Shown: positions 57,240-64,000 of the stretch, one piece after another
Layout of the letters: the number at the start of each line of letters is the position of its first letter
Position numbering within the stretch: the first letter of the stretch is position 1
Source of the DNA: Patescibacteria group bacterium
Lineage (GTDB): Bacteria; Patescibacteriota; Microgenomatia; UBA8517
Length of the DNA: 64,000 bases
NCBI GenBank assembly: GCA_018823885.1
Contig: JAHJHG010000009.1
Coordinates: 151,751-215,750, forward strand
Direction of reading: 5' to 3'
Translations under genes and position numbers: made by a program
Notes under the pieces: model-generated
Database searches by the model: none
The model's input: the letters and a program-made list of their open reading frames with translations, nothing else
Told to the model about the DNA's origin: nothing

Positions 57240-57269
57240 TTGACAACAAATTCTATTATGGGATATAAT
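57240..57269 (+). promoter_or_regulatory. Consensus sigma70 promoter of paralog 1 (TTGACA, 18-nt spacer, TATAAT)
   Basis: -35 at 57240-57245 and -10 at 57264-57269. An almost identical promoter sits upstream of paralog 2. Confidence 0.55.
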
Positions 57270-57346
57270 GTCGTGTTCATTAACAACTTGCGGAAAAGGT
57301 TGTTGTCAATAATCCGAGTAGTCACACACAAGACAAGGAGGAAACC

Positions 57347-58369
57347 ATGTCTGATAGAGGACCCAACTGGGTTGATTATGCAAATTTGGGAGCCAATATT
57401 GTTCAAGCAGGTCAGTTGGCGGGAGTGCGCGACAGGCTTAGTGAGTTGGCCCGCATAGAGACAAATCGAGAGAGACGGATTCAACTCGAAAACGAACTAA
57501 GGCAGTTTATCTTCGAGATAGAAGAGGGGATTGAACGTCTCACGGGTTATCTCCAAGAGGCACCTTTGGGTGTTTATATTACGGCGCACATACTAGAAAA
57601 TATTTTTGATGAAGTGGGCGTCGAGCCGGCTACTTTCCAGCAGTTTACGGATAAGGACCGAGTTAAGCAGGTTCGAGCAGCAAATTCCCTGATAACGGAA
57701 AATGCAGCAAATGAGTTAAGTGAAAAAGAAGTTGAAAAAGTGCGTTTTCACTTAAAACTCTCTGATCGTTTTTCTGATCTCGACTTGTTAATTTCTCATC
57801 TTAAGGCTTCCCAAAAACTACCAGATATGAAAAAGAAGTTGGAGAAACTTTCCGATGAAAAAAACAGAGGTGTGAAATATTGGGTATTGCTTATAATAGG
57901 GGGATTTCTTGTTCCGCTATTTGCACTTGATTATTTAGGTCCCAATGTCCTGTGTTGGATTGGTTTGATAGAAGTAATAGGGTTTGCTGGTCTACTCTAC
58001 TCGTCGTCGTCGGAAGAGTATAGAAAAGTAAAAAACGAGGGGGAAGAACTTCGAAAAAAGATTCTTTCATCAGAGAAACTTCATGTACTCTATGAGGTTT
58101 TTGGCGAAGGCTTAACGATCTCCCAATACGAAGAGATAGAGAAAGAGACGAGGGATTACATAGGCCAAGCAACAGAGAAGGATAAGGATGGGAATTCTCT
58201 CCCTAAGTCTTTGTTCGAATTAACATTTCCACCACAGATATTTGAGCCGGAAAAAAGCTTGGACAAAGTAGTACATACCCGTGAAAATTGGTTATGTCCC
58301 AAATGTGGTGGTGGTAACCCCGGCAATCGAACAACTTGTTTGGGTTGTAACACCGAGAGAAGATGGTGA
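57347..58369 (+). CDS. Hypothetical membrane protein, paralog 1 of a tandem pair (N-terminal conserved domain, central two-TM hairpin, C-terminal Cys4 zinc ribbon)
   Basis: N-terminus MSDRGPNWVDYANLGANIVQAGQL. TM region WVLLIIGGFLVPLF...IGLIEVIGFAGLLY. C-terminus CPKCGGG...CLGCN. 340 aa. Confidence 0.55.
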   Translation: MSDRGPNWVDYANLGANIVQAGQLAGVRDRLSELARIETNRERRIQLENELRQFIFEIEEGIERLTGYLQEAPLGVYITAHILENIFDEVGVEPATFQQFTDKDRVKQVRAANSLITENAANELSEKEVEKVRFHLKLSDRFSDLDLLISHLKASQKLPDMKKKLEKLSDEKNRGVKYWVLLIIGGFLVPLFALDYLGPNVLCWIGLIEVIGFAGLLYSSSSEEYRKVKNEGEELRKKILSSEKLHVLYEVFGEGLTISQYEEIEKETRDYIGQATEKDKDGNSLPKSLFELTFPPQIFEPEKSLDKVVHTRENWLCPKCGGGNPGNRTTCLGCNTERRW

Positions 58370-58453
58370 GGGATTTAAACGAGATGAATGGGAAAATGTT
58401 TATTTTGATTATTCCGTCACCAGATAGAGAAAGTAACTTTCCGCAAGATTTAA

Positions 58454-58540
58454 GCCCTCCAATCGTAAGAAGATTGCCTTACTGTTGCACACTTTGTGTG
58501 TTATTACAGATAGGTAATTGAGATTGGAGGGTTTTTTATT
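58454..58540 (+). terminator. Rho-independent terminator of paralog 1 (stem GCCCTCCAATC / GATTGGAGGG, long loop, T6)
   Basis: 11-bp GC-rich stem whose 3' arm (58522-58532) runs directly into TTTTTTATTT. Confidence 0.45.
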
Positions 58541-58647
58541 TGGATTACTTTTATGAACCACTAGCGCTCAATAATTATTTCTTCAGCTTATAGATAAACA
58601 AACATAGAGAGATCTTAAAGATGAGCAAGAAGGGTAAAAGCTCTAAA

Positions 58648-58677
58648 TTGACAACAAATTCTGTTATAGGATATAAT
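58648..58677 (+). promoter_or_regulatory. Consensus sigma70 promoter of paralog 2 (TTGACA, 18-nt spacer, TATAAT)
   Basis: -35 at 58648-58653 and -10 at 58672-58677. The TTGACAACAAATTCT.TTAT.GGATATAAT block is shared with the paralog 1 promoter. Confidence 0.55.
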
Positions 58678-58752
58678 ACAACGTTCTTTAAAACTTGCGG
58701 AAAAGATTCGATCCGAATACGCGGAAAGCCCATATTAAAAAGGAGAAAGCCA

Positions 58753-59649
58753 ATGTCTAACAGAGGATCCGACTGGGTCGGTTACGCAAATTTGGGAGCC
58801 AATATTGTCCAGGCAGGTCAATTGTCTAGAGTGCAACGAAATCTTGAAGGCTTAGCCTTGATAGAAATCGCCAGGGAGGAACGCGTCCGACTTGAAAATG
58901 AATTAAGGCAATATATCTTCGAAACAGAAGAAGGGCTCAAGCGCCTGAGGAAATATATTGACAAAGCTCCCTTAGGAGTTTTTACTGTTACTTCGCAATT
59001 AGATAGTTTCTTCAGGGAGATACGACTTGAACCCGAAGCTTTCCAGCAATTTGTCGATAAAGACAGGGTACAAAGTTTGTTTAGATCAGTTGAGGAGATC
59101 TTTGAAGAAACATCAAAGTTTTTGGACCAGAATGTAATGGAAGAGGTAAGAAGCAAGGTTGAACTTGTTCAGAAACTGCTTGGTTATCTGAAGATTTTAC
59201 CTAAACTGACCGAAACTACCAACGAAGACAAGAAACTGGAGAAAAAAAGAGCTTTTGTCATCACCATGTTGTTGGGAGTAGCGATATTTACATTGATCGC
59301 TTTTGGTTTTGATACTCCTGGTAATTGTATCTGTGGTGGGTCGGGCGTGGTGTATTTAGCAATCTTGATGTTCGCACTCGCCAAAGGTCCATATGGAGAT
59401 AAGAAACGGGGAGTGAGAATTAAACAGCTTGAGGAACTTCAGAAACAAGTGAGCTTGCTAGCAAAAGAAATTAATAGTATTGCTGGTAAAGAATTGACGG
59501 AGAAGAAGGAATACGAGCAAGTTCTTGATGAGGCGCAGACGCGTTTGAAAATGTTGACACAAGAAGATAAGGATGGAGAACAGTTCGTTGAATCTTTGTC
59601 TACGATTCTTTTTCAACCGCAGTTCTCGAAAACAGCGCAAGACGAGTAG
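58753..59649 (+). CDS. Hypothetical membrane protein, paralog 2 (lacks the C-terminal zinc ribbon)
   Basis: MSNRGSDWVGYANLGANIVQAGQL aligns with paralog 1. ATG at 58753 is preceded by AAGGAG. The ORF track's start at 58621 would read through the promoter. Confidence 0.55.
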   Translation: MSNRGSDWVGYANLGANIVQAGQLSRVQRNLEGLALIEIAREERVRLENELRQYIFETEEGLKRLRKYIDKAPLGVFTVTSQLDSFFREIRLEPEAFQQFVDKDRVQSLFRSVEEIFEETSKFLDQNVMEEVRSKVELVQKLLGYLKILPKLTETTNEDKKLEKKRAFVITMLLGVAIFTLIAFGFDTPGNCICGGSGVVYLAILMFALAKGPYGDKKRGVRIKQLEELQKQVSLLAKEINSIAGKELTEKKEYEQVLDEAQTRLKMLTQEDKDGEQFVESLSTILFQPQFSKTAQDE

Positions 59650-59667
59650 TGATTTTCCGCAAGGAAT

Positions 59668-59720
59668 GAGCCCTCCAAATCATCGTTATGATGATATGTT
59701 TTGAGGGCTCTTTTTCTTTT
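59668..59720 (+). terminator. Rho-independent terminator of paralog 2 (GAGCCCTCCAAATCAT / ATGTTTTGAGGGCTC, then T5CT4)
   Basis: Imperfect 12-14-bp stem followed by a T-run. Confidence 0.5.
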
Positions 59721-59813
59721 TCGCCAGACACAGATAGTAATTTCTCCAGCTTGCAGACAGCTTCTGAGGCGTTTAAGATGAAATAGATACAGTTATACCC
59801 TTATTGGGGTTTA

Positions 59814-60776
59814 TTGAGTATGCCTAAGAAACTAGATAAAGTAATAAATAGAGCAATTCACTTATTTCTTCCTTGGCATACCAATAATCAGAAGGCCAGA
59901 CTTATTCATCCTCAGATAATAATACTGTTTGTAATAAAACTTATTGTTCTCCAAGTAGGCCTTCAATTTATACCTGCATCTGGACTAAAGATACTTGGAT
60001 ATGCTGCCAATATTTCACCAGATGAAGTGATAAGGATTACTAATGAACAACGGGTTTCAGTTGGGCTTCTTCCTCTTGAAGCGAACCCGACTCTAGCCCA
60101 GGCAGCCCAAGCCAAAGGTGCAGACATGTTAAATAATAATTATTGGGCTCATGTTTCCCCTGATGGAACTCAACCCTGGAGCTTTTTTGTAAATGCTGGC
60201 TACAGTTATCGCTACGCTGGCGAGAATCTTGCCCGTGATTTTACGAATCCGGCATCTGCAGTTGAAGCTTGGATGGCCTCTCCAACCCATAAAGACAATC
60301 TTCTTTCTGCGAATTACAGAGATATAGGTATCGCTGTAATTGAAGGAGATTTAGATGGGGTCGATACAACCATAATAGTTCAGTTTTTTGGTACTAAATA
60401 TACAGATACAGTTCCTTCTGTTCCAATTGCGGAAGCCCAGCCTGCATCAACAGAAGCGCCACAATTTAGCCCATCTCCTGCTCCAGTTGCAGCAACTTTC
60501 CCAAGTCCATCACCAGAGAGTTCATTAGTAGCCGTACAAACACCAATTGCGGAAGCAGGGCCAATAGGAGGACGAGTGTTGATTTCTCCATTTAGTACAA
60601 CTAAAGGGGTTTCTCTAGTTGTAGTGGGCCTTCTTCTAAACGTGCTGGTTTTTGATGGTCTTATTACCAGGCGAAGAAGGATTGCTAGGATTGGAGGGCG
60701 CACTTTTGCCCACCTCTCTTTCCTTGGAATGGTTTTGGCGATAGTATTAATATTAAAAGCAGGGCAAGTTATATGA
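59814..60776 (+). CDS. CAP/SCP/PR1-like (YkwD-type) domain secreted protein with a Pro/Ala-rich linker and C-terminal TM anchor
   Basis: N-terminal signal anchor. CAP-domain motifs HVSPDG, YAGENLAR and SPTHKDNLL. 320 aa. Confidence 0.6.
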   Translation: MSMPKKLDKVINRAIHLFLPWHTNNQKARLIHPQIIILFVIKLIVLQVGLQFIPASGLKILGYAANISPDEVIRITNEQRVSVGLLPLEANPTLAQAAQAKGADMLNNNYWAHVSPDGTQPWSFFVNAGYSYRYAGENLARDFTNPASAVEAWMASPTHKDNLLSANYRDIGIAVIEGDLDGVDTTIIVQFFGTKYTDTVPSVPIAEAQPASTEAPQFSPSPAPVAATFPSPSPESSLVAVQTPIAEAGPIGGRVLISPFSTTKGVSLVVVGLLLNVLVFDGLITRRRRIARIGGRTFAHLSFLGMVLAIVLILKAGQVI

Positions 60777-61036
60777 TGAAAAGAATAGCAAAACACTTAC
60801 CTCACTATTTGTCTCTTGCGGGCATACTTATTGCGGGAGTTGTCGGCTTTTTAGTTTTCTCATATGAGAGAGCCTTTCAGATAGCCGTAGCCATAGGGCT
60901 GGCCTTAGCTTATGTAGCTTGGGGGATTATTCATCACGCAATCCATAGAGATCTTTATCTCTCTGTTGTTGTGGAGTACATAGTGGTTGCTTCCTTGGGC
61001 TTGGTTGTTATTCTCTCATTGATCTTTCGAGCGTAG
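60773..61036 (+). CDS. Small membrane protein
   Basis: 87 aa with two TM helices. ATGA overlap with the previous gene. Confidence 0.35.
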   Translation: MMKRIAKHLPHYLSLAGILIAGVVGFLVFSYERAFQIAVAIGLALAYVAWGIIHHAIHRDLYLSVVVEYIVVASLGLVVILSLIFRA

Positions 61037-61090
61037 CAAAATAGCTTCGAAAAAGTTAATTTTTCCTCTAAATGGTGGTATAATTCGCTC

Positions 61091-61594
61091 ATGGCTAAGG
61101 CTAAGAACAGGATTTTTATCAATCCAACCAAGGGAAAAATATCGAGCACAAAGATGGTGGAAGCGATTGCTGATTTCGTGGAAGAAGAGCCAGATAGTTT
61201 ATATCGACTAATCATCGGTACCGACTCTCAGGCACGAAGGAAGAATGGGAAAGCTGAAATAGATTATGTAACCGCCGTTGTTGCTCATAGAATCGGTAGG
61301 GGAGCTCGTTATTATTGGAGAAAAGAGAAAAAGAATAAAATACCAGTACTTCGGGATAAAATATACACAGAAACTTTAATGTCGCTTGATGTAGCTCAAG
61401 AAATCGTTCCTTGTCTTCGAGAAGCAATTTCCCCGACAAAGTATGATTTCGAAATCCATATTGACGTGGGACCACTGGGACCGACAAGGGATATGATAAA
61501 AGAGGTTGTTGGTATGGTAAATGGCAGTGGATTTGAAGCTAAAACTAAACCTGAATCGTGGGGAGCTTCTTCAGTTGCAGACAAACACGCTTGA
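61091..61594 (+). CDS. YkuK/DUF458-like RNase H-fold protein
   Basis: LIIGTDSQ motif and overall size (167 aa) fit the YkuK family. Confidence 0.45.
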   Translation: MAKAKNRIFINPTKGKISSTKMVEAIADFVEEEPDSLYRLIIGTDSQARRKNGKAEIDYVTAVVAHRIGRGARYYWRKEKKNKIPVLRDKIYTETLMSLDVAQEIVPCLREAISPTKYDFEIHIDVGPLGPTRDMIKEVVGMVNGSGFEAKTKPESWGASSVADKHA

Positions 61595-61603
61595 ACTAAA
61601 AAA

Positions 61604-62089
61604 TTAATTACTTGAGTTTATTTCGTAAGGAAATTCATCATCCTCAACATTTGGAGCAGTGGCTACAACCATTAAGATAGCATTGCGATCTTTCGCAATA
61701 ACTTTGTGAGCAATTCCGGGCCGAACAGAAAGGGCCACATGATCTTCAGCTTTTAGTTCAACAATTTCATGCTTCTTGTTTTGTGGATTTTGCATGTGAA
61801 TCTCAAAACTACCAAAGATAGGATAAAAAAGTTCAAACTTAACTTTATGATAGTGGTTACCGGCTTGATTGCCTATTTTTTCGAAGATAACTGTATAGAG
61901 ATACTCTGACTTGAAATCTTCAATAAGAGGAAAGCGCGAGTCAAAAAGTACACGCAAAGACCTACCAGGCTTTTCTGGTCTTTGTCTTGGTTTGAGAATG
62001 AATAATCGTCCTAATTCTGTATTTCTTGCACTTATCGGATGTGAATATTCATCCATTGGATTAGATGATTCTTGAGATTTTTCTTTCAT
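61604..62089 (-). CDS. Cupin protein resembling the WxcM/FdtA-like sugar 3,4-ketoisomerase C-terminal domain
   Basis: GNHYHKVKFELFYPIFGSFEIHM resembles the RGxHAH...GS motif of WxcM-like cupins. Lies near the nucleotide-sugar genes. Confidence 0.35.
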   Translation of the reverse strand: MKEKSQESSNPMDEYSHPISARNTELGRLFILKPRQRPEKPGRSLRVLFDSRFPLIEDFKSEYLYTVIFEKIGNQAGNHYHKVKFELFYPIFGSFEIHMQNPQNKKHEIVELKAEDHVALSVRPGIAHKVIAKDRNAILMVVATAPNVEDDEFPYEINSSN

Positions 62090-62221
62090 GTTATTTGTAT
62101 TTCACTTAATACGTTTTTGATATTATATACTTTTGCGCTGATGTGGAAAAACGATTGGTTACCACCAGTTGAGGGTTATGGCCTCATAAACTGGTGGTAA
62201 CCATCTGCAGGAAAACAGAAT

Positions 62222-62995
62222 TTAGTTATCGGGTTCGAGTAAGGATGCGGGGAGAATACCTTGAGCAACCGCTCGGGTCACCAAGATGTGGAAATACGCA
62301 TCGTCATTCGCCATGACTGTGTCGCGCATCCTCTCCACGGGCATGATGGTTGGACCTATGGAAAGTTCCCACGGATCCGGATTCGGAAGTTCACCAATCA
62401 ACTCAGCTTGGCTGGCATCAATGATGGCAACAAATAGCTGAGGATGATTGTTGGTCATACCCGCATCAGGAAGAATTCTGCCGAGATTGTGGATTTTTTT
62501 AACGATAAGATTTTCCGACAATCCCAATTCTTCCTTAAATTCCTCCTCGAATCGAGCGAGCATGCCGCTTACGCCTTTTTCATCGGGGGAAGCAAAACCT
62601 CCCACAACATCGAAGGCGTCGCCGCCAACAGCAAATTTGCTGCCGCGCAGAATCACGAAGTGGGTGATGCGATCTTCAGCATCAGCGATAAGAACCAATC
62701 CTTTGGCCCCACTCAATGGTCCATTTTTCCAGCTGACGTACTCGTAAGTGTAGACCTTTTCGGCTTGAGGCTGGCTGACTTCGAAGAGAGTGATGATGGC
62801 GAAATTTCCTCTCTTCAGGTCAACGATCTTATGAATTTCCAAATTGCCGATTTGATCAGGTCGGTTTGCCAGGTCCTCCAGATACCCATCGTGATCTTCG
62901 GGCATGGTGGTAAGCTCAACCCATAGATTGTGATCAGTTGCTTTAATCCACGACCGTTGTTCCAGTAAATCAAGAACCTCGTCTCTAGTGAGCAT
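62222..62995 (-). CDS. Nudix-like hydrolase domain protein; by eye it is about 50% GC, well above its surroundings
   Basis: GGFASPDEKGVSGMLARFEEEFKEELGL approximates the Nudix box Gx5Ex7REUxEExGU. 257 aa. Confidence 0.4.
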   Translation of the reverse strand: MLTRDEVLDLLEQRSWIKATDHNLWVELTTMPEDHDGYLEDLANRPDQIGNLEIHKIVDLKRGNFAIITLFEVSQPQAEKVYTYEYVSWKNGPLSGAKGLVLIADAEDRITHFVILRGSKFAVGGDAFDVVGGFASPDEKGVSGMLARFEEEFKEELGLSENLIVKKIHNLGRILPDAGMTNNHPQLFVAIIDASQAELIGELPNPDPWELSIGPTIMPVERMRDTVMANDDAYFHILVTRAVAQGILPASLLEPDN

Positions 62996-63241
62996 GTCTC
63001 TTCTCCTTTGATAAGATTTTTCCTGCAGGGTTCACTTTTAATAAAAGTGACCACAACAGAGCAAAAGATGTAAAAGTACTAAGTGATTTATAGTAATTTA
63101 CTATAATTGTTCTATTATGTCAAACGGAACGGGGTATCTGCGTAATTCTAGGAGATACATCTTATTATAGGTTTAATAGGTTTTATAAAAGATTTGATTT
63201 TCTTTAACTCTTGTGATATATTTCAATCTGTTAAAAATATT

Positions 63242-63982
63242 ATGAAAGGAATAATTTTAGCAGGCGGTTTAGCCACAAGGCTTTACCCCCTAACTCACGC
63301 AACCAATAAACATCTGTTGCCGGTCTACGACCAACCGATGATTTATTATCCTATAAAAACCTTGCTAAAAGCTGGGATAGACGAGATATTGATAGTCACT
63401 GGAGGCCCACATGCAGGTGATTTTATTCGAGTTTTAAAAGATGGTAAGGATTTGGGAATAAAACATTTGGAATATACTTATCAAGAAAAAGCTGGAGGAA
63501 TAGCTGATGCCTTATCTTTGGCAAAGGACTTTGCAGATAACGAGCCGGTTGCAGTTATTTTAGGAGACAACACAACGGATATTGACATCAAACCTTATGT
63601 TGAATCATTCAAGGATGGCGCGATGATTTTTCTTAAGAAAGTCGCTGATCCCCAACGTTTCGGCGTGCCTGTCTTTACAAAACCTCGAAAAGGAGCAAAA
63701 AAGAAAATAACAAAAATTGAGGAAAAACCAAAAGAACCACAATCAGATTATGCAGTTACCGGGTTGTATTTTTATGACAATGAAATTTTTGATATTATAA
63801 AAACGATTAAACCTTCAGATAGAGGACAACTTGAGATAACAGATGTCAACAATATTTATCTAAAAAAAGACAAACTTAATTGGACAGAGATAGATGGCTT
63901 CTGGACGGATGCCGGGACTCCCGCCTCGCTATTTAAAGCAAATGCTTATTGGTCAATAAGAAAAGGAGTTAACTTAGAATGA
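63242..63982 (+). CDS. Sugar-phosphate nucleotidyltransferase (glucose-1-phosphate thymidylyltransferase-like)
   Basis: MKGIILAGGLATRLYPLT matches the N-terminal G(x)GxRL signature. Start at the ATG at 63242. Confidence 0.7.
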   Translation: MKGIILAGGLATRLYPLTHATNKHLLPVYDQPMIYYPIKTLLKAGIDEILIVTGGPHAGDFIRVLKDGKDLGIKHLEYTYQEKAGGIADALSLAKDFADNEPVAVILGDNTTDIDIKPYVESFKDGAMIFLKKVADPQRFGVPVFTKPRKGAKKKITKIEEKPKEPQSDYAVTGLYFYDNEIFDIIKTIKPSDRGQLEITDVNNIYLKKDKLNWTEIDGFWTDAGTPASLFKANAYWSIRKGVNLE

Positions 63983-64000
63983 ATATATTAATTACTGGAG
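63979..64000 (+). CDS. Start of a downstream gene (MNILITG..., probably an NAD-dependent sugar epimerase/dehydratase); 3' end lies outside the window
   Basis: ATGA overlap with the previous gene. Only 7 codons are visible. Confidence 0.3.

Noticed and set aside
58621-58752. Upstream start for paralog 2 (MSKKGKSSKLTTNSVIGYNTTFF...)
   Set aside because: It would translate straight through the TTGACA/TATAAT promoter duplicated from paralog 1. Paralog alignment and the SD support the ATG at 58753.
1-64000. CRISPR arrays, rRNA genes, IS elements or integrases
   Set aside because: No regularly spaced short direct repeats. No rRNA-like conserved stretches. No transposase or integrase-like ORFs, for example no DDE or tyrosine-recombinase R..HxxR..Y signatures seen in any large ORF.

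Overview
This window reads as a contiguous piece of a small, low-GC (about 35-40% by eye) bacterial genome using the standard code, with TGA as a stop. The gene content and architecture resemble Candidate Phyla Radiation / Patescibacteria-type reduced genomes: short aminoacyl-tRNA synthetases (AspRS without the GAD insertion, a 429-aa GluRS), a truncated TsaB, and many short-overlap ATGA junctions. Core genes, in order: secD (5' partial)-secF, cca (minus strand), recJ, rel (RelA/SpoT homolog), aspS, an S11 D-Ala-D-Ala carboxypeptidase, gltX, truB, uppP, dgkA, an L,D-transpeptidase, a PAP2 phosphatase, lon, tRNA-Glu, greA, lysS, two HD hydrolases, serS, rarA, secA, an FKBP PPIase, prfB, ftsE, ftsX, a PcsB-like hydrolase, tsaE, galE, a tsaB-like gene and an rmlA-like gene. 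Three accessory regions break this backbone. (1) 2.1-7.6 kb is a defence-type island: a DUF433/DUF5615 TA-like pair, two small GIY-YIG genes, an HhH-GPD glycosylase-like gene broken at a T8 homopolymer, and a 989-aa fused Type IIG restriction-modification enzyme. (2) 18.5-26 kb contains a 375-bp structured intergenic region, a DUF4258 toxin-like gene, tRNA-Gln, a HEPN-like plus ParB-like gene pair bracketed by two copies of a ~108-bp direct repeat (a third copy lies in island 1), hypothetical genes flanked by palindromic GGTCTAGACC sites, and a SET-domain protein in an operon with a second GIY-YIG paralog. (3) 57.2-59.7 kb is a tandemly duplicated gene cassette; each copy has a consensus sigma70 promoter, 11-12-nt 5'/3' UTR inverted repeats and a rho-independent terminator. 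No CRISPR array or rRNA gene was seen.
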